From Octopus bimaculoides (lineage: Eukaryota): a stretch of DNA of 64,000 nt. Position 1 is the first letter of the stretch; each line of letters begins with the position of its first letter. Shown here one piece after another: positions 12,813 to 25,676 of the stretch. The translations under genes were made by a program, and so were the position numbers. The notes under the pieces are model-generated. The model saw only the letters and a list, made by a program, of their open reading frames with translations. It was not told the DNA's origin and made no database searches. The stretch spans positions 66,387,883 through 66,451,882 of the forward strand of contig NC_068981.1 of the NCBI RefSeq assembly GCF_001194135.2. Direction: 5' to 3'.

Positions 12813-13040
12813 TTGGGTTGTCTGGAAAGTTTGTGCTAATTTATAGTAGCTTACCTTTCGACTTATTTGCCATGAAACCACCTCAATTCTGGGAAGAGGG
12901 TATTTTCGAGTTAAAGGAAAGATGGAGACGCATTGTGGAACAAAATGGTTCATATTTGCTTGATTAAAAATGTAATGGAAAGTATTTATTGACCTTTTTC
13001 TCTACTTTAAAAATCAGCACGAACTTTCAGGACAACCCAA
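12813..13040 (+). mobile_element. 228-bp mariner deletion derivative (MITE-like) retaining both TIRs and the last transposase codons
   Basis: TA flanks at 12811-12812 and 13041-13042. 30-bp TIRs ttgggttgtctggaaagtttgtgctaattt versus ttgggttgtcctgaaagttcgtgctgattt (26/30). FAMKPPQFWEEGIFELKERWRRIVEQNGSYLLD is a mariner C-terminus. Confidence 0.88.
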
Positions 13041-16000
13041 TATAAACACAAGGTCTGAAATTTTGTGGGGAGGGGACTAATTACTTATACTGACTCCAGT
13101 GCTTGACTAGTATTTATTTTATCAACACTGAAAAGATGAAATACAAAATCAACCTTGGCAGGATTTGAACTAGGAATACAAAGCTATGAGAAATGTCACT
13201 CAGCATTTAATTTAGCATGCTAACAATTCTGCCAGCTTACCACCTTAAATTGCTCTTTCAACATAAAAATAAGCAAGTATTTAATAGACATATTTACACT
13301 TACATAATTCTCAAAACCAAATGACCAAATCAATAACACAATATGTGACTACTCTGGCTCCCACTGAACAACCAGTACAATCCATCTGATGGGCTTCCCT
13401 ACAGTTTCCTTGCACCTGATTTCATTTGCAAAGCTTGGTTTAACTTGAAGCCATGGCAAAAGACATTCGACCAAGCCATCATGTAGTGAAATCAAGCCTG
13501 GGACTTCATGATTCCAAAGCAAACTTCTTCAACACTCTGCCAAGTCAGCAAGCATATGCATATAGTGTGATATTTAGTTTTGATTTCTGCTATCTCTGCC
13601 AATTCATCAATTTAGAAAACTAAATAAATTAATGAGTGACAATGTAATCAGTTGTTAATGAAGACAACCATCTTCAGAAGCGAATAAAGTGACTGACTGA
13701 TTCCAAGTCTGTTAGTAGAGATAGAGTGACCATACTCATCAATGTTTAGATATAGCCTAGAATAATCAGTTTACAATCACAGAAGACAATGTCTCTCTCT
13801 ATCTCTCTCTCTCTCTATCTATCTATCTATATATAAAAACACACTAACCACTCAGATCCTTTATTAGTAAATAGTACAAATGTGTATACACATATACTTT
13901 ATTTGTGGGTTAACAAGGCTACAATTGGTTTCAATGGTAGCCTTGTTAACAGCAATTATCAAGCCTGCCACATTGGGATGTTGGTACTCAACTCCATCTT
14001 CTGGATAAAGAATTCTCATTTTTGATATTAGAGTATATTCTTTTATTGGTTTCAGCCAGAGACTGGAGCCATGCTAGAGCACTGCCTTTCACATGGTAAT
14101 TGGTAGCACTGAATAAAGCTCAGTGGAGAAGCTCATGTTTCTTAACCATCGCCAACTTAGAAGCAACAAGAATCAAAACTCCAAAGGAGAAAAGAACCAA
14201 GCACAGAGCCAGGTCCAATCTAGCTCCAGGTGATGATCACCACTGCAACAGGATATGCAAATACTGGATAGGCCTGTATTCCTATATGAAATGGCAACAA
14301 AACATTAAACTGAGAACACTGCAGCTGTTTCCTGCTAAACCCTCATTCACCAAAACAACAAGACAGTCTAATTATCATTTAATGTCCACTTCTCTAAGCT
14401 TTCATGGAACAGATAGACCTTGTTGAGGTAAATTTTTTTCTAATGCTGGATGCTCTTCCTGTCACCAACCCTTACCTGTTTCCAAGTAAGGTTGTTCTAT
14501 TTTTCCATGGAAAACTGGAAATGAACAACACTTATATGACAGTGATGCTCATTTACAATCATTACATGATATCAAGACACAGGTACACACACACAAACAA
14601 ACAACAGGCTTTTTTTTCAGTTTCTGTCAACCAAATCCATTCACAAGGCTTTGGTCAGCCCAGGCATGTAGAAGACACTTGCCAAAGATATTGTACAGTA
14701 GGAATGAACCCAAGATCATATCGTTGAGAAGCAAGCTTAACCATATTCACACCTGCATCTCTCTGTATATGTGTATGTATATATATATTACATACACACA
14801 TATGTGTGAGTTTATGGATACAGATATATAAAAAAGTAAATCGATTCCCATTGGTTTTGTTGAGTATTTAGTTGTTCAATCAACTGAACTACTTGCTCAC
14901 TGAAATTAGCATGTAAGTAGCTGAATATTCCACAAACACTTGTCTACCATTAATGTAAACCTCAAGCAGAATCACCATGACACAGAAGCATGATGACAAA
15001 GCCAGACATTTGAATTTGGGGTATAAAACCCTCTGATGGATGTCCATTTTCTATTTAACCAATTTTACTGACAAGAATTGAGTTAACCCGAGTCTACAGA
15101 AAATGACACTGGCACAAGATGTCACACAGTAGGATTAAATGCAGGACCTCATGACTGCAAAGCAAACTTCTTGACCATTTGGCCACATCATCCATGCAGA
15201 TATACATATTCACTCACCCATACACACATATGTACATTGATACATACATAATTTGCTTTGGATTTTACTGATCGTGGTTATTAGCTGGGTGACTTCCAAT
15301 GTGTAATGGAGTAGTGGCGCACACTGTAGGAATACAAATAAGGATTCCTATTTTATCATCCAGTCACAAGATTAATTAGCAATTGAAATTTTTTAATGAT
15401 GTCAGGTATTCCACAAATTCAATCCTTGTAACAATATTTACTACACATCATAAGGTGAAGAAATAGAATACATGAAGATAAGTGAATAATGACAGTTGAT
15501 CTGTATTTTCTAGTGGTTCAGAAATGCCTGCTGATTTTGGTTTATATATAATATACTGATTATGAATAAATTGCCATGCTATTGAAACATTAGTAGCATG
15601 TATTGAACTGTCACTATCCATTCATATATATATATATATCAACTAGATCATTGTAAGTTCCTGTGCCAGTACCCAGATCACAGTCATGCAACTTTGTGTG
15701 TCATGCAATGACTCTTCCATAATGTTTGCTTCAGTGTCAAGGTCTCAAATCAAGTCACTTGCTAGACAGATACAACTCTGGAATGTGAGTATATGTATAC
15801 ATCATGTACACATAAGCAATAAAATAGAACCTCTCACATGCATAAAGACATATACAAGTCCCATAATCATTAAGAATATCTTAGCCTGAAGCAGTGTGTC
15901 AAGAGTAGCTAAGCCTGGCAGAGCCCAAGTCCTTACTCAAGACAACATTCATCAAATGACTTGGATAGAAAACAGCAGAGAATATTAATGAAACAGTGCT

Positions 16001-16167
16001 TCTGCTGCTTACAACATTACGTAGCACCGTCTTACAATGACTATAATAAAGTGGGCTAGGCTGCAAACTGGACATAGTGTGGCAATAGAATAGATACTTT
16101 ATGTTCTTCAGCCAGTTAAATAATACAAATGACAATAACAGTGATGTGCTCTCTTTCTCACTCTTAC

Positions 16168-16206
<39 letters not shown>

Positions 16207-16279
16207 ATGCATGCAGGCATACAAACACACAATATGTATATACAGATACATACATGTGCACACATTTGTACAATGAGAG

Positions 16280-16318
<39 letters not shown>

Positions 16319-17120
16319 TTCACATTTCAAGCATGTATGCATAAGTCCTTTCTTTTCTTTCACCTGTGTCCCTTCCCTCTTTTCCCAAAAACTCTTAATT
16401 CAAAATTAATAAATAATAATCCAAATAAATGAAGTATTTTTTAATTTTTGATTTATTGACTGATTTCTTTTTTCGTCTTTTCTTGTCAGATTTACCATCA
16501 TTGTAAAAGCAATGTATCAAACTGCTTTATATTAACACACACCAGCCAATGAGGGAAGTCTTTATGCAGTTGCTCAGCCTGCTTAGAAATAGCAGTCAAA
16601 TTTCCCTCAGATCACACCCTACCGTCTTGACAAAAAAACACACACACAAACAAAAACACATTGGACATACAAAAGACTGGACGGCCAAGGCTGGACTGCC
16701 TTTGATCAGGGCTAATCTGGAGTAAAACAAGACCATCACAAACAGTAATATATTTACATGTACCTTCCTTATACAGCTGAACAGAGAAGGAACTATGACA
16801 TGAAAATGCCTCTTTAACACTTAACAGGTCACAAGTCAGCCTTGTGAAATTTCAGTTCTCTCTCCAAGCTACACCTGGAAATTACAAGTAGAAAGAGGTA
16901 AATTCGTTTTTTTTTTTTGGCTTTTTTTTTCCATGCTGGCATGGGCTGGTCTTTAACAGTTCACTCATGCCTCCAACTTACCCTCACCAGGGGCATAACA
17001 GCACTCAGCAGTGATTATAGAAATATCTCAGGTAAGTATAATGACGATAGCATAGCAATATACATATAAATACATACACACACATATACAAGTTGTGTGA
17101 AAACTGTAGTGGTGTATGTG

Positions 17121-17170
<50 letters not shown>

Positions 17171-17614
17171 TGAGAACTAGAGTGATGATAGCAAGCTGAC
17201 ATTCATTGATAAGATACTATCTATTCCTCGGTGAATCATTGACAGTTTAGTCTGTATGTGTGCACATAAATGTGTGTTTGTATTTACACATATGTTCATC
17301 TACAAATATGTCAGGTGGCACAAGAAACACCTGATCAAACCATCAACCATTTTAAACAGAAGCATGCACCAACATGCCAGTGGAGTATAACAGTTACTCT
17401 TTCCTCATCCCACTACTACAACATCTAACCCCATTCACCCCTCCTCCATATATTTGGCAGGCATCATTATAAACTCCTATCATTGTTTCCTTTTTTTCTT
17501 CTTTTTCTATCATCTTTCTTTCAATCTAAAAAGAGTTACTAAAATGTGTTTGATGTTTAAGAAGGAGAAAGATTAAATATTTTGACCATAAGAAATTTGA
17601 AGAAAAAATATCAA

Positions 17615-17648
<34 letters not shown>

Positions 17649-17849
17649 ATTCTTTATTAGTGCAATTATTCTTGTGTTACCAAGTAATTTATCTGCCCTA
17701 TTAACTTCATTAGGTAGGAGCATAAGATTTGTGGCTTTCATCTCTTCTCCATGAAATAGTTACTAGAACCAAATCTGGGTCACATCACAGACGCAGATCA
17801 CTGAAAGCTTATAGCATAAAATTCAGCACTTGACATGCATGCATGCATT

Positions 17850-17890
<41 letters not shown>

Positions 17891-18611
17891 AACAAACACA
17901 CATACATACACAGGAGTTCAGGAGCATAAAAGGGAGAATAAGTGTTCAATATTTACAGTTGATTCATCCTTCTATTTGCTACCTGAACAAAAAGCAGAAG
18001 GGGAAAAAAATCCTTGTGAATCATCAGTTTCAAAATATAAAATTCCTTTTGCTTCCCCAAAGGCCAAAATTTTGATATTCTGATACATTAATCTCACTAA
18101 AGTAAACCCAAAATAAAGCTTTCATAGTTTTCTTTTTCTTTTTTTTCTTATCTTCAGTCATTTCATCTAGGGTTAAAAAGAGAATCTATCAGTTTTCGCC
18201 AGTGAGTACTGAAGTTGCTCAATGAACTGAACTGCCTATTCATTGAAGCCTAATACCAGTGGCTGAGTATTCCACAAGTGCTTGTAGCATTAGCATAACT
18301 CTCAGGCAGAATCAGTGTGACAGTATGTTTGACAAAGTTGGTTCCATTTGACAAGCTTCCTACATAGTTTACACCCACCCGTTTTCACTTATTCATTTGA
18401 CCTGATGCTATGGTACAATTCCTGTATATATACATAATGAGTTTGACTGACTGAAATACATGTAAGAATATAAGAAGCACAGAAGTAAACACTTTCTTCT
18501 CAGTCTTATGTAGCACCTACTGACACTCTTGATTGAGCGTGTATACAAGTGGGTCTGTTTCCACATACAAGTGAGTTTGTTGTACTTGTTGATTAAAAAA
18601 AAATTTTTTCT

Positions 18612-18617
18612 TTTATT
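18612..18617 (-). promoter_or_regulatory. Candidate polyadenylation signal (AATAAA on the minus strand) about 550 bp downstream of the ARL5 stop
   Basis: tttatt on the plus strand. The hexamer is common in AT-rich DNA and there is no transcript evidence. Confidence 0.2.
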
Positions 18618-19163
18618 TCTTATTTCTATATTTTATCATCATAGGTCTTAGACATTTAAATTGATAAACAGACTAACAGAAACAGAGAGAGAGAACAATG
18701 TTTCGGTTTGTTACTTTTTTTGCAACAAAAAATAGGAAAAAATATTCTACAAGTAGAAAAGCAAATTTACAATAGGTATTACAAGAGGGGGTGAAAACAG
18801 TTGACTGCTTCCCCAAACGCCAGTTTCTTCTTTTTCCTCCAGTTGTTGTTGTTGTTGTTGTTGTTTGCCCCTGGAATCGATAGCCATAAAATAGGACGAC
18901 GACGAATGGATTCCATGATGGATTTAGTTTATACACAATTAGCAAGTTCTTCTTGTTCAGCAGGCTGCGACAGATAGCAGCCATAAACGGCAGCTAACAG
19001 TGCTGCAGTGACTGTGATGCCTATACTGATGGAGATGATGATGACAATGATATTGATGATAGTAGTAGTGGTGATGGCGGTAGTTGTTGTGATGGCAATG
19101 ATGATAATGATGATGTTTATTATAATGAGAACAATGGGAAATGACATCCTACACACATAACTA

Positions 19164-19212
19164 TCATCTCCGCCAAAGTTGGTTTCCGAGCCAGTCAAGA
19201 GCTTGATACAAC
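19164..19212 (-). CDS. ARL5: ARL5 last coding exon (49 bp): (G)LYQALDWLGNQLWRR-stop
   Basis: tttttccttcttgtag|GTTGTATCAA...AGA TGA TAG. Phase completes GG|G. Typical ARF-family C-terminal helix GLxxxLDWL; tandem stop codons. Confidence 0.92.
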
Positions 19213-19257
19213 CTACAAGAAGGAAAAATATAACAAACATTAAGTGGGGTGAAGCTG

Positions 19258-19586
19258 TTTGATAAGAGGAGGATTGAGGGATGTAATGGGAATGCTGGGG
19301 TTGGAGGAATCGGAATGGTTGGCAAGGGTGAATGGAGTGAGATGGTATGGGCATGTGTTGAGGAGGGACAAAGAGCATGTTCTGTGGAGGGTGATTGTGT
19401 TTGAGGTAAAAGGAGCGCAAAAGCGAGGTAGACCAAAGAAAAGGCAGAGGAGGAGATTAAGAAGGTTGGTTTGAAAAAGGAGGATGCCCAAAACCTGGTG
19501 AGATGGTTGCTATGACATTGAGGTAGATCCGGCCACCCCCATTAACGGGGACAAAACCTGGATTTAAAACAGTGGATGATGACGAA
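19258..19586 (+). mobile_element. 3' end of a second RTE-clade LINE family, in the last ARL5 intron about 45 bp from the acceptor
   Basis: LARVNGVRWYGHVLRRDKEHVLWRVIVFEVKGAQKRGRPKK. 3' motif gatccggccacccccattaacgggga; gatgatgacga tail. Confidence 0.8.
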
Positions 19587-20134
19587 GTTAAAAGTTTGAA
19601 AAAAAAAATATGAAAAAGAAATGAAAACATCAGAAGAATTAAAAGCTTAATAACATATTAAGTGAACAATGATCTAAAATTAGAAAGATAACTACTTCAA
19701 ACCAGACTTATTGCACTTATGTGCAACATATATCATTTCATATTTGTTTCTCTATGCTTACATGGGTTGGATAGATCACTAGCAAAGCATCTCACAACTT
19801 GTCTTTTATCATACTCTTTATGAAGTTCAGTTTCCTAAGATCAACTTTCACCACTTCTTCCCATGTTTTCTTTGACCTTTTCTGCATGTTCCTTCCACAT
19901 AACTTCATACATCTTTATGTAATTGGCATCTGCTATATGCATCACATTTGTAGCAACTCAGTTTTCTCACTTGTACATTCTTCAATTTTTCTTTCAGCTC
20001 ATCTGTGCTATATTACTTATGTATACAAATATTACCCATCCAGAGAGCTATGTTGGCTTCAGTACTTTCCAGTCCTCATATTTCTCCTACATGCAATGCC
20101 CATTTTTCACTACCATACAACATTACACTTTGTA

Positions 20135-20696
20135 CAAGGTCTGATCAATAAATATTTGGACTGTTGCCATAGTAACAAATCAAAAAATATGCAAGTGTGA
20201 AGACTCTTTGCAAAGACTGACCTTGAACTCTGCTGTGCATGCACACTAAGTTTTAATACTCTAGCCCAAATCTGCTGTTTACAGCAATGCTTGGAAAGAA
20301 GGTGTGTAGCATGTGATTGTCACATTAATCATGATAGAGAAAGTTATCATGGCAATACCAGCTCAGAGGCCTGTGCAAAGTTGCAGAAAGTGTATGGAAA
20401 GGAATGTATGAACCGCACACAAGTGTACGAGTGGTTCACACATTTCCAAGATGGCCAAAAGAAATGTCGATATTGATGAACGTTCTTGGAGACCTGCAAC
20501 CTGCAGAACTGAGAAAAATATCACAGATGTGTGTGCAGCTGTGAGGGGAAATTGTCAAAACACCATCCATGAGTTATGGTTCAGTTCAGTCCATTATCAC
20601 TGAAGATTTGGGTATGAGATGTGTCGGTCAAGTTTGTGCCAAAACTGCTTTCAGCTGACCAAAAAGACACAAAGGTTTCAGTTGCACAAGATCTTA
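20135..20696 (+). mobile_element. 5' fragment of a mariner element (TIR plus HTH region)
   Basis: TA followed by CAAGGTCTGATCAATAAATA TIR-like end. Translation ACAKLQKVYGKECMNRTQVYEWF...DERSWRP...IITEDLGMR..KFVPKLL. No catalytic domain or right end found. Confidence 0.75.
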
Positions 20697-21774
20697 AAAT
20701 ATATGGTAGCATATGTTTATTTTGGTTACAAGATCTAATCCCAAAGTGATCAAAATAATAAAGTAAAAGTAATTTCTAAGGAAGCTAGCGATGATCTGCA
20801 TCAGTAAATAATGAGTACAAACAATTCTAATATGAAGTCAATTGGTTTGCCATAATGATGTAGTAAAGCCTAACATTTTGGGTAGTGTAATGTTTGAGAG
20901 GGAAAGAGAGGGGAGGAAAGAAAATGTTTTTTTTTTGTTGATACTGGAATAGATTGATTAGGAGAGAGAGAGAGAGAAAAAAGAAAATAGAGAATTAGAC
21001 AGGGTAAAGTCACAAGATAAAACATGCACTGACAGGACATAATAATCTAAGCAGAAAGAATGCTGGAAAATTTAAAAAGCAAAGTAAGGAGAGAGTAGAA
21101 GTTAGAGGAAAGGAAGATAACTGGGAAATAATCAATAAGAATGCTGTCAAATTTTATAAATAATATATATTGTGGCCAGTTAAACCAAAACCTACCAAAA
21201 CATTTGTAAATTTATCTGGTACCTCAAGTCAATGTGACCATCATCTTTAAATTCTATCCCCATGCCACTTATTTTCACCAAATGGTCCTTTGTTCTCCAA
21301 TAATCAAACTTGTACTCAAGTATGATTATTATCATTAATATTACCATAAGGATGCTAAGGTGGTAGAAATGGTAGAAAGCTAAGTAAAGCATCCTGCAAT
21401 ATTTAGTTGTGTCTCTTTACATCCTGAGTTCAATTTCTATTGAGGTTGACTTCTGCTTTTCACATTTCATGATAAATAAAGTGAAGTACTGGCAGTAATT
21501 TAATCAACCATACCATTCCAGCCACATCTGCAGTTGTGCACCAATTATAGATATAGTTATTATAATAATTGTAATCATAGATATAGTTATTATAATTGAA
21601 AGTGGAAAACCATGACCCTCCTCTTCATCATCATCAATATATTTTAAGCTTGTTTTTCCATGGACAAGTCTGCCACAGAGCAGAGCACTGGATGAAATAT
21701 GCCTTCAGTATTTAGTTACTTCTACATTCTTGAGCTCAGTTCTAGCTAGGGAACAACTTCATCTCACCCACATA

Positions 21775-22290
21775 GCTTCAGACTCAACACAGAGGTCTAC
21801 ATCAAGTGCCTGGAGGTAGTGCTGCCCTGGGTCAAGGATGGCTGCTGGAAGACCCTATGTCTGGCAACAGGACTCTGCACTATGCCACACAAGCAGGAGA
21901 ACACAGTCATGGATGTCAGACAATTTCTGCAACCACATCACCCCTAACATCTGGCCACCTAACTCCCCACACTGCAACCCCTTTGATTATGTGTGAGGCA
22001 CAGTTGAGCAAGAGACCAACAAAACTCCTTGTAATACCAAAGATGAACTGAAGGCAAGGATTATGGAAGCATTTACCAACTTAAACAAGGAAACCGTCCA
22101 GAAGAGTAGCATGAGATTCCGAAGTTGCGTGGAGGCTGTGGTTGAAGCCAATGGTGATTTTATTGAAACAATTTACTCTTTAGTATTTCAAGATATTTTT
22201 ATGTAATTTTGGTAAATATATCTGTTCAAATAAGATGTCGTGGTATTTTCATTTTTGCATAATTCAGATGACAATTTATTCATCCCCCCC
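21775..22290 (+). mobile_element. 3' fragment of a second DD37D (maT)-family transposon
   Basis: Translates with one frameshift to LNTEVYIKCLEVVLPW..GRPYVWQQDSALCHTSRRTQSWMSDNFCNHITPNIWPPNSPHCNPFDY..AVVEANGDFIE. QQD to NPFD spacing is 37. End boundary approximate. Confidence 0.8.
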
Positions 22291-22951
22291 CCCCATACAC
22301 ACGCATATAAACACATATATGCATATGACCAACAACATAGGAACTTCCAGTCCCTATTAATAACTTCTCAACCACATATAACTACCACAAACTCTCTAAC
22401 ACCAATAACATTTAAATTGAGTTATTCTTGTCTAGATACTATTATTTCCCTAACATCACAACACTATTTAAAACACACCTAGCTAACCCAGTGAAGTAAA
22501 CCCATAAATTGACAACCAGTGTTGGTGTGTTTACATCCCTGTAACTTAGTGCTTTTGAAAAAAGAGACCGCTAGAGTAAGTAGAAGGCTTTAAAAAGAAA
22601 ATAAGTATTGGGGTCAATTCATTTCAACTAAAATGTCTTCAAGGCGGTGCCCCAGCATGGCTGCAATCTAATGACTGAATCAAGTAAAAGATAAAAAATA
22701 AAAACTGATATAGAGTAAAAGAGGACACTTTTATCCAAACATAGAGAAGCTCTCTACCATTGATGTCCAGATAAAATCCAAACTCAAATTATAAAGGGGT
22801 TCGTGAAATGAATGACATAAAAACCAAATCTTCCTCACAAAAAAAAAATCATAACACAACTACACAGACTGGAATCTTTCTCACTTGCTGTCATCAGTGG
22901 TGAGATGCTGCAAGACCTCACTAGGTGTGCCAACATGGAAAAATGGTTATA

Positions 22952-23121
22952 GGTGCAGGAGTGGCTGTGTGGTAAGTTGCTTGCTTACCAACCACATGGT
23001 CCCGGGTTCATTCCCACTGCGCGGCACCTTGGGCAAGTGTCTTCTACTATAGCCTCAGGCCGACCAAAGCCTTGTGAGTGGATTTGGTAGACGGAAACTG
23101 AAAGCAGCCCGTCGTATATAT

Positions 23122-23157
<36 letters not shown>

Positions 23158-23370
23158 ATATGTTTGTGTCTGTGTTTGTCCCCCAACATCGCTTGACAAC
23201 CAATGCTGGTGTGTTTACGTCCCCGCAACTAAGCGGTTCGGCAAAAGTGACCGATAGAATAAGTACTAGGCTTCCAAAGAATAAGTCCTGGGGTCGATTT
23301 GCTCGACGAAAGGCGGTGCTCCAGCATGGCCGCAGTCAAATGACTGAAACAAGTAAAAGAGTAAAGAGTA
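22952..23370 (+). mobile_element. tRNA-derived bipartite SINE (family B) with a central (TA)n/(TG)n tract; most intact copy
   Basis: A box tggctgtgtgg (22962-22972), B box ggttcattccc (23005-23015). Other copies or halves at about 5580-6075(-), 7040-7250(+), 9850-10290(-), 14580-14770(-), 22515-22700(+), 26515-26595(-), 38190-38595(-), 43020-43225(+), 43570-43900, 61380-61530(-), 61640-61760(+) and 62760-62980(+). Confidence 0.82.
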
Positions 23371-23688
23371 TAGAAGGGAGTATGTATATGTGTATAAAAT
23401 CATGTGCTACATTATAAATTAATCTGTTAGTAAATAGGAAAAGAATATAACTTATCCCCCATACACACACAGACTGACTGACCACATCCTCTTATTTACA
23501 GCATACTTCATAAGATACCAAACACTCCACACACACACAAACATGGCTCCAACACCATTCATTCTCCCTACAGATCATGTCACTCCAACCATACACCATT
23601 TTTTAAATATTGGGTAAAAAAGGACCAGCACGGCTGACAGCAGCATTTAGTGGACAATTTCGAGTCTTTTGTGTAGGAATCTACTTAC

Positions 23689-23840
23689 CCTTCACCTGTA
23701 AGGGCACAGCAGGCCTGAATATGCCATACGTGGTCCTTTATTGAGGTCAAATTGAGTTGTTGGGAGATCTCAGCAGCAGACATGGAGCCCTTGATGTCTT
23801 GTTTGTTAGCCAGAATCAACATGGCAGATTTACGCAAATC
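23689..23840 (-). CDS. ARL5: ARL5 coding exon 5 (152 bp): [50 protein letters not shown](G)
   Basis: ctttcttattag|GATTTG...GAAGG|gtaagt. G4 NKQD and G5 CAL motifs. Confidence 0.96.
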
Positions 23841-24643
23841 CTAATAAGAAAGAGATGGAAGAAAATAAAAAATTATGTGTATTTGTGTGTGTGCATATAC
23901 ACATCGCTTTATGTTGAACAAATGGGTGTTGCAGAAGATATGGGTTTTTTTAAATGAAATTAAAACTGAGAATTTGTCTTGTAACTTGAGTTTCACACCA
24001 CTTCAACCTTGGAATCTTGAGTAGGAAGACAAATTCACACTTTAAGTTTCAATAAATATGTATATATATATATATAACGTGAGAGAGTTAGGGGTTGGGG
24101 GTACAACCCACTAAGGGATAGTATCTATCCAGTATACTGCTGGGAGGGTACCCAATTATTGCTACACTAGTGCTATACTAGGTGCAATCAATGGGAGCAG
24201 GTAAAAGTGGAGGTTTTACCCAAAATTTGTGTAACAATTAGAAAATGGAGGATAATATGCTGAACCCAACTACTTGCAGACGGTGTATCCTGTTGAATTC
24301 ATTAATTTAATTCATAGCAAAAGTGACAAAAGAGAGGAAGAAAAGAAAAAGAAAGAAAGAACCAAAGCACAGGTGTCCATGGCAGACTATGTTATTTTGC
24401 CAACATGGTTTACATATAGAAGTACAAAGTACATAAGGAATTAGAGGATGAACAGAAGTTTAATCTTACAGCTGTTACGGCCTAGTTTTGGCACGCCCCA
24501 TTCTATCCGAATATTCCTTACCGGAGTGATTATCGGATGACATTTTGAAATGGGGTTACATGCCCGAACCTCTAGGCCTCATATCATCGTCGCTTAACGT
24601 CTGCTTTCCATGCTAGCATACACACATATAATGTATGTATATA

Positions 24644-25634
24644 CAAGGGAGAGTCAAAAATTACTCTTGTTTTTTCAATGTATTTACACAAAAGCTGGGA
24701 ATAAATAAGTACGTCAATTTTCTATATAGTCTCTATTTCTATTTAGGCAGGGTATTCCAGTACCTCAAAACACAATTGGTTAATGGTTTCAACGTTTTGG
24801 GTGGCCATGTGTGGGTATGCGTTGTCATGCAACAACAAAACTTTCTTCAACAATAGGCTTCGGCTTTGGTGGACAGCAAAGCACTGTATCTTGCACTGTT
24901 GATTGTACACCCCTTTTCCCCGGTAGTCTTCCAACATAGGCCATTTTGGGTCCCAAAAATGGGTTAGCATCACTTTTACTGTGGAAGACTGAGACTCGAA
25001 TGTCTTCATCAGTGGTGAGCAAGGATGTTTCTACTCCATACTCTGTCTTTTGGATTCTGGCTCATAATGACAGACCTACGTTTCATCTGTGACTATTCTG
25101 CTCAAAAATTCCTCGCCTTCATTGTAGTGATCGACTAAACATTGGCAGACCTCAAGACGTTTGTGCTTGTGCTCTGCAGTAAGCTCTCTTGGCACCCATC
25201 TTGCACAGATTTTATGGAAGCCAAGCTCATCATGGATGATTTGATAGGCAGAACCATGACTAATCTGCAGAGAACGAGCTACCTCATCAATGATAACTCG
25301 CCAGTTCACCGTTATCATCTCTCGAGCTTGCTGAATCTCCTTGTCAGTGGTGAAAGCTGATGGGCATTCTGCTCCCTCTTTGTATTGTGCTAAAAGCCAC
25401 CAATGAATTTTAGCACTTGATAAACCTTCTGACCAGAGAAACTGGATCACTGCTCTTTGTTCTTCTTTGGTGCATATTGCTAGTGGAGCCAGAAAGAAAA
25501 ATGGTGCAATCAGGCTCAAAGTTCAATCACTTGACCACAATAGTACCAACAATAAGCACACATACACAGAAGGCAGTGTGACAATAATAAAGATATGTTA
25601 TGGCAAAAGTGTGGATAATTTTTAACTTCCCTTC

Positions 25635-25635
<1 letters not shown>
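24644..25635 (-). mobile_element. Internally deleted mariner (DD34D-type) element with both ends
   Basis: TA flanks at 24642-24643 and 25636-25637. TIR CAAGGGAGAGTCAAAAATTA versus CGAAGGGAAGTTAAAAATTA (15/20). Motifs EQRAVIQFLW, KICARWVPRELT, RIVTDET, HYEPESKRQSME, LLHDNAYPH. The HTH segment and the C-terminal SPDLAP region are missing. Confidence 0.88.

Positions 25636-25676
<41 letters not shown>

Noticed and set aside
18929-19491. Several overlapping minus-strand ORFs (163, 90 and 83 aa)
   Set aside because: Apart from the 49-bp ARL5 exon, they are the antisense of an RTE fragment and (ATC/ACC)n repeats in the 3' UTR.
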